Source of the DNA: Candidatus Binatia bacterium
Lineage (GTDB): Bacteria > Desulfobacterota > Binatia > DP-6
Reading direction: 5' to 3'
Assembly: GCA_046327955.1 (NCBI GenBank)
Contig: JAXLXP010000005.1
Span: 228,136 to 292,135, forward strand
Length of the DNA stretch: 64,000 nucleotides
Both the position numbers and the translations under genes were made by a program. Under the pieces are notes generated by a model that was given only the letters and a program-made list of their open reading frames with translations, had not been told where the DNA came from and ran no database searches. The number at the start of each line of letters is the position of its first letter. Within the stretch, counting starts at the first letter, position 1. Positions 56,560-64,000 of the stretch are shown piece by piece.

Positions 56560-58263
56560 GTGACTCGTCGTCTGAGGATCCTCTGCGCCGACGACGATCG
56601 GATCGTGCTGGTCACGGTCCGCCGGATGATCGAGCGCTTCGGTCACGAGGCGATCGTGGTCGCGAATGGCCGCGAGGCCGTCGACCGCTTCGGCGTCGAG
56701 CAGCCCGACGTCGTGCTGCTCGACGTGTCGATGCCCGTGATGGACGGCTACGACGCCTGCGCCGAGATCCGGCGCCTGTGCGGCGACCGGTGGGTACCGG
56801 TGGTGTTCCTGTCGAGCGCGTCGGAGAGCCGGGACCAGGCGCGTGGTCTCGATGCCGGCGGTGACGACTACCTCATCAAGCCGGTCGATCCCGTGCTGCT
56901 CGCGGCCAAGCTCCGTGCGATGGCGCGGATCGCGGACCTCCAGCAGACGCTGCGCGATCACGCGGAAGCGCTGGCGCGCTACCGGGCGGAGACCGAGGAG
57001 GAACAACGCCTGGGGCGCCACCTCATGGAGCGTCTCGTGCGCGTCGATCGCCTCAACGGGGGCGCCGTGCGGGCGTGGATCATGCCGGCGCTCGAGTTCA
57101 GCGGCGACGTGGTCTGCGCGGCTCGCACGCCGTCCGGCGTCCTGCACGTGTTGCTGGCGGACGGGACGGGGCATGGCCTCGGCGCGGCGCTCTCGGTGAT
57201 GCCGGTCGTCGAGGCGTTCTACGACCTCACCGAGAAGGGCTTCTGGATCGAGACGCTGATCCGGCGCCTCAACAGCCAGGTGAAGACCCTGCTGCCGCTC
57301 GGGCGATTCGTCGCGGCGACGGTGGCCGCGATCGACGAGAGCCAGCGCACGATTCGCGTGTGGAACGGCGGCAACCCGCTGGCCGTGTTCGTCGCGAGCA
57401 GCGGGGTGGTGCTGTGTCGCTTCGAGTCGCGGCATCCGGCCCTCGGGATCTTCGGCGACGATCGGCTGGATACCACGACCGAGAGCTACTCCTGGACGGA
57501 GCCGGGCGAGTTCTTTCTCTGGTCGGACGGGCTCAGCGAGGCCGAGAACGTGGCCGGCGAGCAGCTCGGCCTGCCCGCGATCCTCTCGACCCTCGCGCAG
57601 GTGGGGACCACCGATCGGTTCGACGATCTCGTTGCCCGAGTCCAGCGCCACCTCCTCGGGCAGGTGGGCCAGGACGACGTGTCGGTGCTGCGGGTCGCGT
57701 GCGGGACGAGCCCGAGCTTCTTGGAGGCCGGGCCGGCGCCGGCGCCGGCCGAGGCCCCGGCCGCGACCGGCGACAGCCGCCTGGCGTTGCACGTCGGCGG
57801 CGGGAATCTCGCGAGCGCCGACGTGCTTCCGGTCGTGATCTTGTGGTTGGAGCAGCTCGGGGTCGGCCGACAGCATCGCGCCGAGTTCGGTCTGGTGGTG
57901 GCCGAGCTGCTGACGAACGCGCTGGACCACGGTGTCCTCGGCCTCGAGTCGGCGCTCAAGGCGGAGCCGGACGGGTTTGCGCGGTACGTCGAGCTACGCG
58001 AGCAGCGGCTCGAGGCGCTGCGGAGTGGGGCGGTGATGGTCGTCGTCGAGGCGCACGTCACGGCCGACGAGTCCCTGCTCGAGGTCTGGGTGCAGGACAC
58101 CGGCCCCGGCTTCGACCACAGGCGGCTCGGGGTCGCCGAGGCGGCGCTCGATGCCGTCCAGCAGCGGTCCGGTCGCGGCATGGCGCTCGTGCGGCGGCTC
58201 TGCGAGCGGCTCGAGTACCTCGGGACGGGCAACGAGGTGCGCGCGGTCTACCGGTTGCGGTAA
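56560..58263 (+). CDS. Fusion protein: response-regulator receiver + PP2C/SpoIIE phosphatase + RsbW-like HATPase anti-sigma kinase
   Basis: REC (ILCADDD...DVVLLDVSMPVMDGY...KP). PP2C region (LLADGTGHGLGAA...VWNGGNP...FLWSDGL). C-terminal GHKL ATPase (ELLTNALDHG...DTGPGF). Confidence 0.85.
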   Translation: MTRRLRILCADDDRIVLVTVRRMIERFGHEAIVVANGREAVDRFGVEQPDVVLLDVSMPVMDGYDACAEIRRLCGDRWVPVVFLSSASESRDQARGLDAGGDDYLIKPVDPVLLAAKLRAMARIADLQQTLRDHAEALARYRAETEEEQRLGRHLMERLVRVDRLNGGAVRAWIMPALEFSGDVVCAARTPSGVLHVLLADGTGHGLGAALSVMPVVEAFYDLTEKGFWIETLIRRLNSQVKTLLPLGRFVAATVAAIDESQRTIRVWNGGNPLAVFVASSGVVLCRFESRHPALGIFGDDRLDTTTESYSWTEPGEFFLWSDGLSEAENVAGEQLGLPAILSTLAQVGTTDRFDDLVARVQRHLLGQVGQDDVSVLRVACGTSPSFLEAGPAPAPAEAPAATGDSRLALHVGGGNLASADVLPVVILWLEQLGVGRQHRAEFGLVVAELLTNALDHGVLGLESALKAEPDGFARYVELREQRLEALRSGAVMVVVEAHVTADESLLEVWVQDTGPGFDHRRLGVAEAALDAVQQRSGRGMALVRRLCERLEYLGTGNEVRAVYRLR

Positions 58264-58272
58264 GACTACCGC

Positions 58273-59778
58273 ATGACCGAGGACACGACGCCGATCCTGA
58301 TCGGCGGAGGACAGATCACGCAGCGGGACGTGGACCCCGCGGGGGCCCTCGAGCCCCTCGATCTCATGGCGGAGGCGGCCCGGCGGGCGGCGGTGAACGC
58401 GGGCTCGGGTCCGGGGATCCTCCACGGGCTCGATACGATCGCCGTCGTCAACGTGTTCTGCTGGGACTACGGCAACGCGCCCCGACTCCTGGCCGAGCGT
58501 GTCGGCGCGCATCCGACGCGCGAGATGTACACGACGATCGGTGGCAATTCGCCACAATGGATCGTGAACGAGCTCGCGGGACAGGTCGCGGCGGGAACGG
58601 TGCGGTTGGCGCTCGTGGCCGGGGCCGAGGCGGTCTACACGCTCGCGCGATCGCGTCGGACGCAGGCGCGGCTGGCGTGGGCCAGCCACGCCGGGGAGCA
58701 CGCGACCAGCGTGGGCGGGACCCAGCTCGGTACGAACGACTACGAGCTCACGCACAACCTCCAGTTGCCCGTGCAGATCTATCCGTTCTTCGAGAATGCG
58801 ATCCGGGCCGCGCGGGGGTGGAGCCTGGCGCAGCACCGCCACGAGCTGGGCGCGCTCTGCGCGCGGTTCTCGGCGGTGGCGGCCGAGAACCCGCACGCGT
58901 GGTTCCCGCAGGCGCGGACCGCGGAAGAGATCGCCACCGTGACGCCCGACAACCGGATGATCGCGTTCCCGTACCCGAAGCGGATGAACGCGATCATCGA
59001 CGTCGACCAGGGTGCGGCGGCGCTCGTCACGTCCGTGGCGACCGCCCGGGCGCTCGGGATCCCGCAGGAGCGCTGGGTCTATCTGCGCGGCGTCGCGGAC
59101 GCGCACGACCACTGGTACGTGTCGGAGCGGGTGAGCTACCACACCTCGCCCGCGATCCGCGCCGCGGGGCAGGCCGCGCTCGCCATGGCGGGGCTCGACG
59201 TCGGGGAGGTCGACCACTTCGACCTCTACAGCTGCTTCCCGTCGGCCGTGCAGATCGGCCGCGACATGCTCGGCATCCCGCGCGACGATCCACGTCCGCT
59301 CACGGTGACCGGCGGCCTGCCGTACTTCGGCGGCCCCGGCAACAACTACTCGCTGCACGCCATCGTCACGATGCTCGACCGCGTACGCGATCGCCGTGGC
59401 AGCACCGGGCTCGTCAGCGCGCTCGGTTGGTTCCTCACCAAGCACTCGATCGGCGTGTACTCCGCCGCACCGCCGGCGGGTCCGTGGCGCCGGCCCGACC
59501 CGGCGGCTCCGCAGCGGCTGGTCGATGCGGACCCGAAGCCCGTACTCTGCATGGAGCCGAGCGGCGCGGCGACGATCGAGACGTACACCGTCGTCTACGG
59601 CCGGGACGGGACGCCGCTCGTCGGGCTCGTCATCGGCCGCCTCGCCGACGGGCGCCGCTTTCTGGCGTCGGCCCCCGACGACCGGGACGTGCTCGAGTCG
59701 CTGACGACCCGCGAGGCCGTCGGGCTTCCCGGTCACGCGTCGTGCCACGACCGCGTCGGGCGATTCGATCCGGCGTAG
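58273..59778 (+). CDS. Thiolase-like protein (acetyl-CoA acetyltransferase-like, ~500 aa)
   Basis: Thiolase-fold N- and C-domains with a C-terminal extension. Starts 10 nt after the upstream stop. Confidence 0.7.
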   Translation: MTEDTTPILIGGGQITQRDVDPAGALEPLDLMAEAARRAAVNAGSGPGILHGLDTIAVVNVFCWDYGNAPRLLAERVGAHPTREMYTTIGGNSPQWIVNELAGQVAAGTVRLALVAGAEAVYTLARSRRTQARLAWASHAGEHATSVGGTQLGTNDYELTHNLQLPVQIYPFFENAIRAARGWSLAQHRHELGALCARFSAVAAENPHAWFPQARTAEEIATVTPDNRMIAFPYPKRMNAIIDVDQGAAALVTSVATARALGIPQERWVYLRGVADAHDHWYVSERVSYHTSPAIRAAGQAALAMAGLDVGEVDHFDLYSCFPSAVQIGRDMLGIPRDDPRPLTVTGGLPYFGGPGNNYSLHAIVTMLDRVRDRRGSTGLVSALGWFLTKHSIGVYSAAPPAGPWRRPDPAAPQRLVDADPKPVLCMEPSGAATIETYTVVYGRDGTPLVGLVIGRLADGRRFLASAPDDRDVLESLTTREAVGLPGHASCHDRVGRFDPA

Positions 59779-59787
59779 TCCTTTCGC

Positions 59788-60597
59788 TCAGCCCGGTTTC
59801 CGCGCCGAGACGGCGATGCTGGCCGCGGTCGTTGCCAGCTGCCGGGCGCCTTCGAGGCCGCCGACCGCCTTCAGGATGTCCGCGACCAACGGATCGTTGC
59901 AGTCGGCGCCCGCGATCAACGCACTGGCATCGGTGTCGCGGACGACCTCGACGTCGCAGAAGCCCGCGTCGGCGAGCAGGCGGAGGTAGTCGTCGCGCAG
60001 CGCCGCGCCGGCGACGCAGCCGACGTACGCTTCGATGCTGGTGCGCAGCGCCTCGGGGAGCGGGGCGTTCAGGACGATGTCGGACACGAGCAGCCGTCCG
60101 CCCGGCTTGAGCACGCGGTGGGCTTCGCGGAAGACCCGCGCCTTCTCGGGTGAGAGGTTGATCACGCAGTTCGAGATGATCGCGTCGACCGTGGCGCTCT
60201 CCACCGGAAGCGCCTCGATCATGCCCTGACGAAACTCGACGTTGGTCAGGCCGGCCCGCCGGGCGTTGTCGGTGGCCTTCGCGATCATCTCGGGGGTCAT
60301 GTCGACGCCGATCACGCGGCCGGCGGGGCCGACGGCCGCGGCAACGAGGAACGCGTCGAAGCCGGCGCCGGAGCCGAGGTCGAGGACGGTGTCACCGGGA
60401 CGCAGCGTGGCGAGCGCGGTCGGGTTGCCGCAGCCGAGGCCGAGGTTGGCGCCGGTCGGCACGGCCGCGATCTCGGCGTCGCCGTAGCCGATCGCGCGGG
60501 CCACCGCGGCGGGGTCGGGCCCGCAGCAGGACGTCGCTCGTTCGCCGTACCGCTTTCGAACGGCGACGCGGATCGTGTCGGGATGGAGCTCGGACAT
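59788..60597 (-). CDS. arsM: Arsenite S-adenosylmethionine methyltransferase
   Basis: Conserved Cys pairs (SCCGPD; GLGCGNP; NCVINLS). SAM motif [11 protein letters not shown]. Confidence 0.85.
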   Translation of the reverse strand: MSELHPDTIRVAVRKRYGERATSCCGPDPAAVARAIGYGDAEIAAVPTGANLGLGCGNPTALATLRPGDTVLDLGSGAGFDAFLVAAAVGPAGRVIGVDMTPEMIAKATDNARRAGLTNVEFRQGMIEALPVESATVDAIISNCVINLSPEKARVFREAHRVLKPGGRLLVSDIVLNAPLPEALRTSIEAYVGCVAGAALRDDYLRLLADAGFCDVEVVRDTDASALIAGADCNDPLVADILKAVGGLEGARQLATTAASIAVSARKPG

Positions 60598-60615
60598 CGG
60601 GAACCTCCTTTTCCG

Positions 60616-60948
60616 TCAGCAGCACCCACAGCAGTCGAGGAAGGCCCGCAGCTGGTCGAGCAGGCGTCGGAGGCGCACGCCGTCGAGGCCGTAGTAGCGC
60701 TCGCGGCCGCGCTTGTCGTCGGTCACCAGCCCCGCCGTGTGCAGCACCTTCAGGTGGTGCGACACCGCCGGCCTCGTGAGGTGGAACTCGGCAGCGAGCT
60801 CCCCCACGTTGGCCTCACGGCAGCGCCCGCCCAGCAGGAACAGGATGCGCTGCCGGACGGGATCGCCGAGTGCTTGCAGGGCGCGCGCGAGATCGTGCAG
60901 CAGATCTGCGGGGGGCTCGGCAGCAGCGGTGGTGCGACGGGACGCCAT
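60616..60948 (-). CDS. arsR: ArsR-family metalloregulator with C-terminal Cys cluster
   Basis: Winged HTH (VGELAAEFHLTRPAVSHHLKVLHTAGLV). C-terminal LDCCGCC As(III)-binding-type Cys cluster. Real start at M19 (60948). Confidence 0.8.
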   Translation of the reverse strand: MASRRTTAAAEPPADLLHDLARALQALGDPVRQRILFLLGGRCREANVGELAAEFHLTRPAVSHHLKVLHTAGLVTDDKRGRERYYGLDGVRLRRLLDQLRAFLDCCGCC

Positions 60949-60966
60949 GGGTGCTCGGGTCAATGT

Positions 60967-60982
60967 GTTTAAGTATTTAAAC
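60967..60982. promoter_or_regulatory. Perfect palindrome GTTTAAGTATTTAAAC upstream of arsR (candidate ArsR operator)
   Basis: AT-rich 16-mer with a 6-bp inverted repeat (GTTTAA/TTAAAC), 19 nt upstream of the arsR ATG, in a 70% GC background. Confidence 0.45.
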
Positions 60983-61036
60983 CAATCGTCTCGTTCGTGC
61001 AAGCCCCCCGCGGTCCGGGCGTCGGCCGCGCGGGGA

Positions 61037-62461
61037 TCACGGTCCGGTCGGTGCGATCGCGAGCACGTCGAGCGCGAGCGGTCCGCTGCAGCGGGTCCCG
61101 AGCCGGACGAGGCCGGACGCGTCCCCGGCGGGCGTGCCCGCCGGGACGATCACGAGCCCCGCCGCCGCGGCCCGCGCCGCTGCGCCGAGCGCCGCTTTGT
61201 CGGCGCCGCGCGGGCGCAGCGCGAAGCGCGTGCCGCAAACCCAGGCGATCCGCCCGTCGTCGGCGAGGATGGCCGGCGGCGGCGTGCTGCTGCGGGTCGC
61301 GACGAACGCGCAGACGTCGCGGTAGCACGCCTCCTCGTCGCGCTGCGGTGGCCACAGGTCCTGTGCGAGGAGCCCCGCGACGACCGCACCCGCGACGCCG
61401 TAGCGGGCGGCGGCCGGCAGCCCGCCGGCGCGCGCGGCCGCCGCGAGACGTGCGAGCCCCGGCGTCACCCACGGCAGCAGCAGGGGGACGAGCGGCACGA
61501 CGTATCGCTTGCCCGGTGCGAGGATCGGGATGCCGAGTGTGAACACGGCGAGCGTCGCGAGCACGAGGCCGCGCGCGCGCCGGGTCGCCGGGACCGAGGC
61601 CGCGAGCCCGAGCGCGAGCGGCACGACGAGCACCCAGTGCGTCGCACCGAGGTCGTACTCGATCTGCCGGGCGAGGGCGCGTGGGTACACCGCGAGAAAG
61701 GCCCCCGGGTGGTGGACGAGCAGGGCGGCGATCCCGCCGGCCGCGACCCCGTACTTGCGCAGCACGACCGGGGCCTCCTTCCCCGACACGGCCCACGTTC
61801 CGGTGTCGAGACGCACCGCGAGCACGACCGGGAGCGCGACCAGCGCTGCGGCGGCGAGCGGCACGAGCGCGCGACGCAGGCGTGCGCCGCTCGCGGCACC
61901 CCACGCGCCCGCCAGCGCGGCGAGCGGCACGAGCGCGATCCCCTCGGCGCGGGCGAGCGCCGCGACGGCGCCGACGAAGCCGCCGAGCGCGAGCCGCACC
62001 GTTGCGGGGGCCGCACCCGGGAGCACCAGGAGCGCCCAGAGACCGACCAGCGCCGCGTAGAGGCTCTCGGCCAGCACCTCGGCGCTCGCGTGGACGAGGC
62101 CGGGATGCACGGCCGCCAGTGCCGCCGCTCCAATGCCGGCCCCGTCTCCGAGGATCGCAGTACCGAGGCCGCCGGCGAGGGCGACGGTCGCGACACCGGC
62201 GGTGTACGACACTGCGCGCCCCGCGGTGTCCCACTCGAGACCGAGCGTGTGGGCCGCGCGAACTGCCGCCGGGTAGAGCGGCGGGTAGTATCCCGCAAGC
62301 GCCGCACGCCAGTGGCCGGCGCCGATCTCGTCGCGGGCGATGCGCAGCAGCGCGGGGCTGTCGGCGTGGAGGAAGGGCGCCTCGAGGAGGCGCGCGCCGC
62401 GCACGCCGGCACCCGCGAGCACGCAGGCGAGGAGTGCGGCGCGCCGGCGTCCGGCGGTCAC
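61037..62461 (-). CDS. Integral membrane glycosyltransferase (family 39/ArnT/PMT-like)
   Basis: About 12 predicted transmembrane helices. An N-terminal loop with Asp/Arg-containing DE-type motifs is typical of GT-C enzymes. The start is uncertain (GTG ~62461, or ATG 62719). Confidence 0.55.
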   Translation of the reverse strand: MTAGRRRAALLACVLAGAGVRGARLLEAPFLHADSPALLRIARDEIGAGHWRAALAGYYPPLYPAAVRAAHTLGLEWDTAGRAVSYTAGVATVALAGGLGTAILGDGAGIGAAALAAVHPGLVHASAEVLAESLYAALVGLWALLVLPGAAPATVRLALGGFVGAVAALARAEGIALVPLAALAGAWGAASGARLRRALVPLAAAALVALPVVLAVRLDTGTWAVSGKEAPVVLRKYGVAAGGIAALLVHHPGAFLAVYPRALARQIEYDLGATHWVLVVPLALGLAASVPATRRARGLVLATLAVFTLGIPILAPGKRYVVPLVPLLLPWVTPGLARLAAAARAGGLPAAARYGVAGAVVAGLLAQDLWPPQRDEEACYRDVCAFVATRSSTPPPAILADDGRIAWVCGTRFALRPRGADKAALGAAARAAAAGLVIVPAGTPAGDASGLVRLGTRCSGPLALDVLAIAPTGP

Positions 62462-62558
62462 GCGGCTTGCGGCGCGGGACGGCGCGACATGTCGGCCCCC
62501 TATAGCGGCGATCCCGCGTCGCCCGCAACCCTTGAATCCCCGGTGAGCAGCGTCTAGC

Positions 62559-63464
62559 GTGTCCGCGGTGAACGCTTCGACCGCGCTCCTGGGACGATCA
62601 CTCCCCGCGCTCGTACACGTGCAGGCCGAGATCCCCGAGACGCATCCGTCCGCGTCGGTGCTCGGCACGACGCGCATGGGCTCGGGTACGGTCGTCGACT
62701 CCGCGGGCCTCGTGCTCACGGTGAGCTACGTCGTGCTCGGCGCGCGGGAGGTGCGCGTCGTCTTCCTCGATCAGTCGAGCCACGTTGCCGAGGTCGTGCG
62801 CTGGGACGTCGTCTCGGGGCTGGCGCTGCTGCGGCTGCCCGAGAGCGGGGTGCCCGCGTTGCCGATCGGCCGCTCGACCGACCTCCAGCTCGGGGACGAC
62901 GTGTTCATCCTCGCGAGCGTCGGCCCCGACGGCGCCCGCGTGTCGACCGGCAACGTCACCTACCTCGGCCCCTACGACGCGAACTGGGAGTACGTGCTCG
63001 ACCGCGCCGTCATGGCGAGCGCGATGAACCCGGGCCTCGGCGGCGGGCCGTTGCTCGACCGGCGCGGGACGGTCGTCGGCGTCGTCTCGCTCAACCTGAA
63101 CGACATCGGCCGCTTCTCCCTCGCGATTCCCGCCGAGTGCTACGGCGACGCCCGCGACGCGTTCGCGAGCGGCGACGGGCAGGCAATGCGCACGCGGCCG
63201 TGGCTCGGGATCTTCTGCCAGATGCTCAACCATCACGTCGTGATCGCCGGGCTGCTCCCGGGAGGCCCCGGGGAGCAGGCCGGGCTGCGCATGGGGGACG
63301 TCATCCTCGCGGTGGACGGCCAAGACGTTGCGGACCGCGCGACGCTCTACCGCCGGCTCTGGGCGCGGCGGCCGGGCGAGTCGGTGACGCTCCGGGTGCA
63401 CCGCGGCCGGACCGAAACCGACGTGACGTTCGCCTGCGGCGACGTCGCGGAGTTCTTCGCGTAG
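62559..63464 (+). CDS. Trypsin-like serine protease with C-terminal PDZ domain (HtrA/DegP-like)
   Basis: S1 fold with GSGTVVD (His region), D... and GLGGGPLLD (GxSGGP-like around the catalytic Ser). PDZ (GLRMGDVILAVDGQDV). GTG start. Confidence 0.7.
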   Translation: MSAVNASTALLGRSLPALVHVQAEIPETHPSASVLGTTRMGSGTVVDSAGLVLTVSYVVLGAREVRVVFLDQSSHVAEVVRWDVVSGLALLRLPESGVPALPIGRSTDLQLGDDVFILASVGPDGARVSTGNVTYLGPYDANWEYVLDRAVMASAMNPGLGGGPLLDRRGTVVGVVSLNLNDIGRFSLAIPAECYGDARDAFASGDGQAMRTRPWLGIFCQMLNHHVVIAGLLPGGPGEQAGLRMGDVILAVDGQDVADRATLYRRLWARRPGESVTLRVHRGRTETDVTFACGDVAEFFA

Positions 63465-63479
63465 GCCGTGCGGGCCTCG

Positions 63480-64000
63480 ATGCCGCTCGGCGACTTCGTC
63501 GTCGCCTACCTCCAGAAGATCGGCGTCACGCACCTCTTCGGGATTCCCGGCGACCTCGTCCTGCGACTCTTTTTGCGGTTCGCCAAGCCGCGCGGGCTCG
63601 ACGTCGTCACGCTCTCACACGAGCCGGGCGTCGGCTTCGCCGCCGACGGATACGCACGGGCGACCGGCCGCATCGGCGTCGCCTGCGTCACGTACGGTGC
63701 CGGCGGGCACAACATGGTGAACCCGGTCGCCGGCTCGTTCTCCGAGCGGGTGCCGGTCCTCGTCGTCAGCGGTGGTCCGGGCGAGGAGGAGCGGCGCGTC
63801 TCACTCATCCACCATCAGGCGAAGGAGGTCGAGTCCCAGTACCGTATCTTCCGGGAGGTCACCTGCGCGGCGGCGGTCCTCGACGACCCACGCACCGCGG
63901 CGGAGATCGTGCACCGGGTCGTCGACACGGTCTGGCGGGAGCAGCGACCCGGCTACCTCGAGATCCACCGCGACATGGTCGAGCGCCGCGTTCCGGTGCC
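63480..64000 (+). CDS. Thiamine-diphosphate enzyme (acetolactate synthase/benzoylformate decarboxylase family), 5' partial
   Basis: N-terminal TPP_enzyme_N motifs (HLFGIPGD, SHEPGVGFAADGYAR, YGAGGHNMVNPVAGSFSERVPVLVVSG). Runs off the window end. Confidence 0.8.
   Translation, partial: MPLGDFVVAYLQKIGVTHLFGIPGDLVLRLFLRFAKPRGLDVVTLSHEPGVGFAADGYARATGRIGVACVTYGAGGHNMVNPVAGSFSERVPVLVVSGGPGEEERRVSLIHHQAKEVESQYRIFREVTCAAAVLDDPRTAAEIVHRVVDTVWREQRPGYLEIHRDMVERRVPV

Noticed and set aside
60035-60487. Small ORFs 60035..60229 and 60242..60487 (plus strand) inside the arsM locus
   Set aside because: They lie antisense to the well-supported arsM coding sequence. They have no SD and no coding-like composition.

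Overview
This is a very high-GC (~70%+) bacterial chromosomal segment. Several secreted proteins carry the Myxococcales cysteine-rich repeat (CGDGxxxxxExCDDGNxxxGDGCSxxC), so the source is most likely a Myxococcales (Deltaproteobacteria) genome. Because of the GC content, most long six-frame ORFs are Arg/Pro/Ala-rich antisense artefacts. I called genes only where I recognised family-level sequence signatures, and I took coordinates from the ORF-track frames. Coding density is high, about 60 CDS, and there are no obvious mobile elements or CRISPR arrays.

Content by region:
- **Accessory secreted-protein region (0.1-20 kb).** A BNR/Asp-box protein, three Cys-rich-repeat proteins (one with a DUF1566-like C-terminal domain, one with a LamG-like N-terminal domain), a GESAG esterase-like protein, and a tRNA-Sec (selC, anticodon UCA) at 7814..7909 on the minus strand.
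- **Sigma-54 regulators.** One NtrC-type enhancer-binding protein lies divergent from a tandem acyl-CoA dehydrogenase + short-chain dehydrogenase (SDR) cluster. A second, Cys-rich PAS enhancer-binding protein is translationally coupled to a ferritin-like gene and a family-2 glycosyltransferase.
- **Core metabolism.** KorAB 2-oxoacid:ferredoxin oxidoreductase, type I 3-dehydroquinate dehydratase (aroD), pabB/pabC, asnS, further acyl-CoA dehydrogenases, an amino-acid permease, and a GMC oxidoreductase with a small partner.
- **PLP-linked module.** A MocR-type regulator sits between a divergent PNPOx-family gene and a downstream aminotransferase.
- **Archaeal-type thiolase module.** An HMG-CoA-synthase-like protein fused to DUF35, followed by an SCP-x-type thiolase.
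- **Globin / partner-switching operon.** A four-gene operon: truncated haemoglobin, STAS antagonist, REC-PP2C-HATPase fusion, and a thiolase-like protein.
- **Arsenic.** An arsR-arsM pair with a perfect AT-rich palindromic operator candidate.
- **Other regulators and oddities.** A LuxR-family response regulator and histidine kinase pair. Two genes (the histidine kinase and an M20 amidohydrolase) carry single-base frameshifts in short homopolymer runs.

The most notable unexplained signal is a ~80-90 aa C-terminal Lys/Ala/Leu-rich helical module that follows a CR[LV] motif and is shared by three otherwise unrelated secreted proteins.
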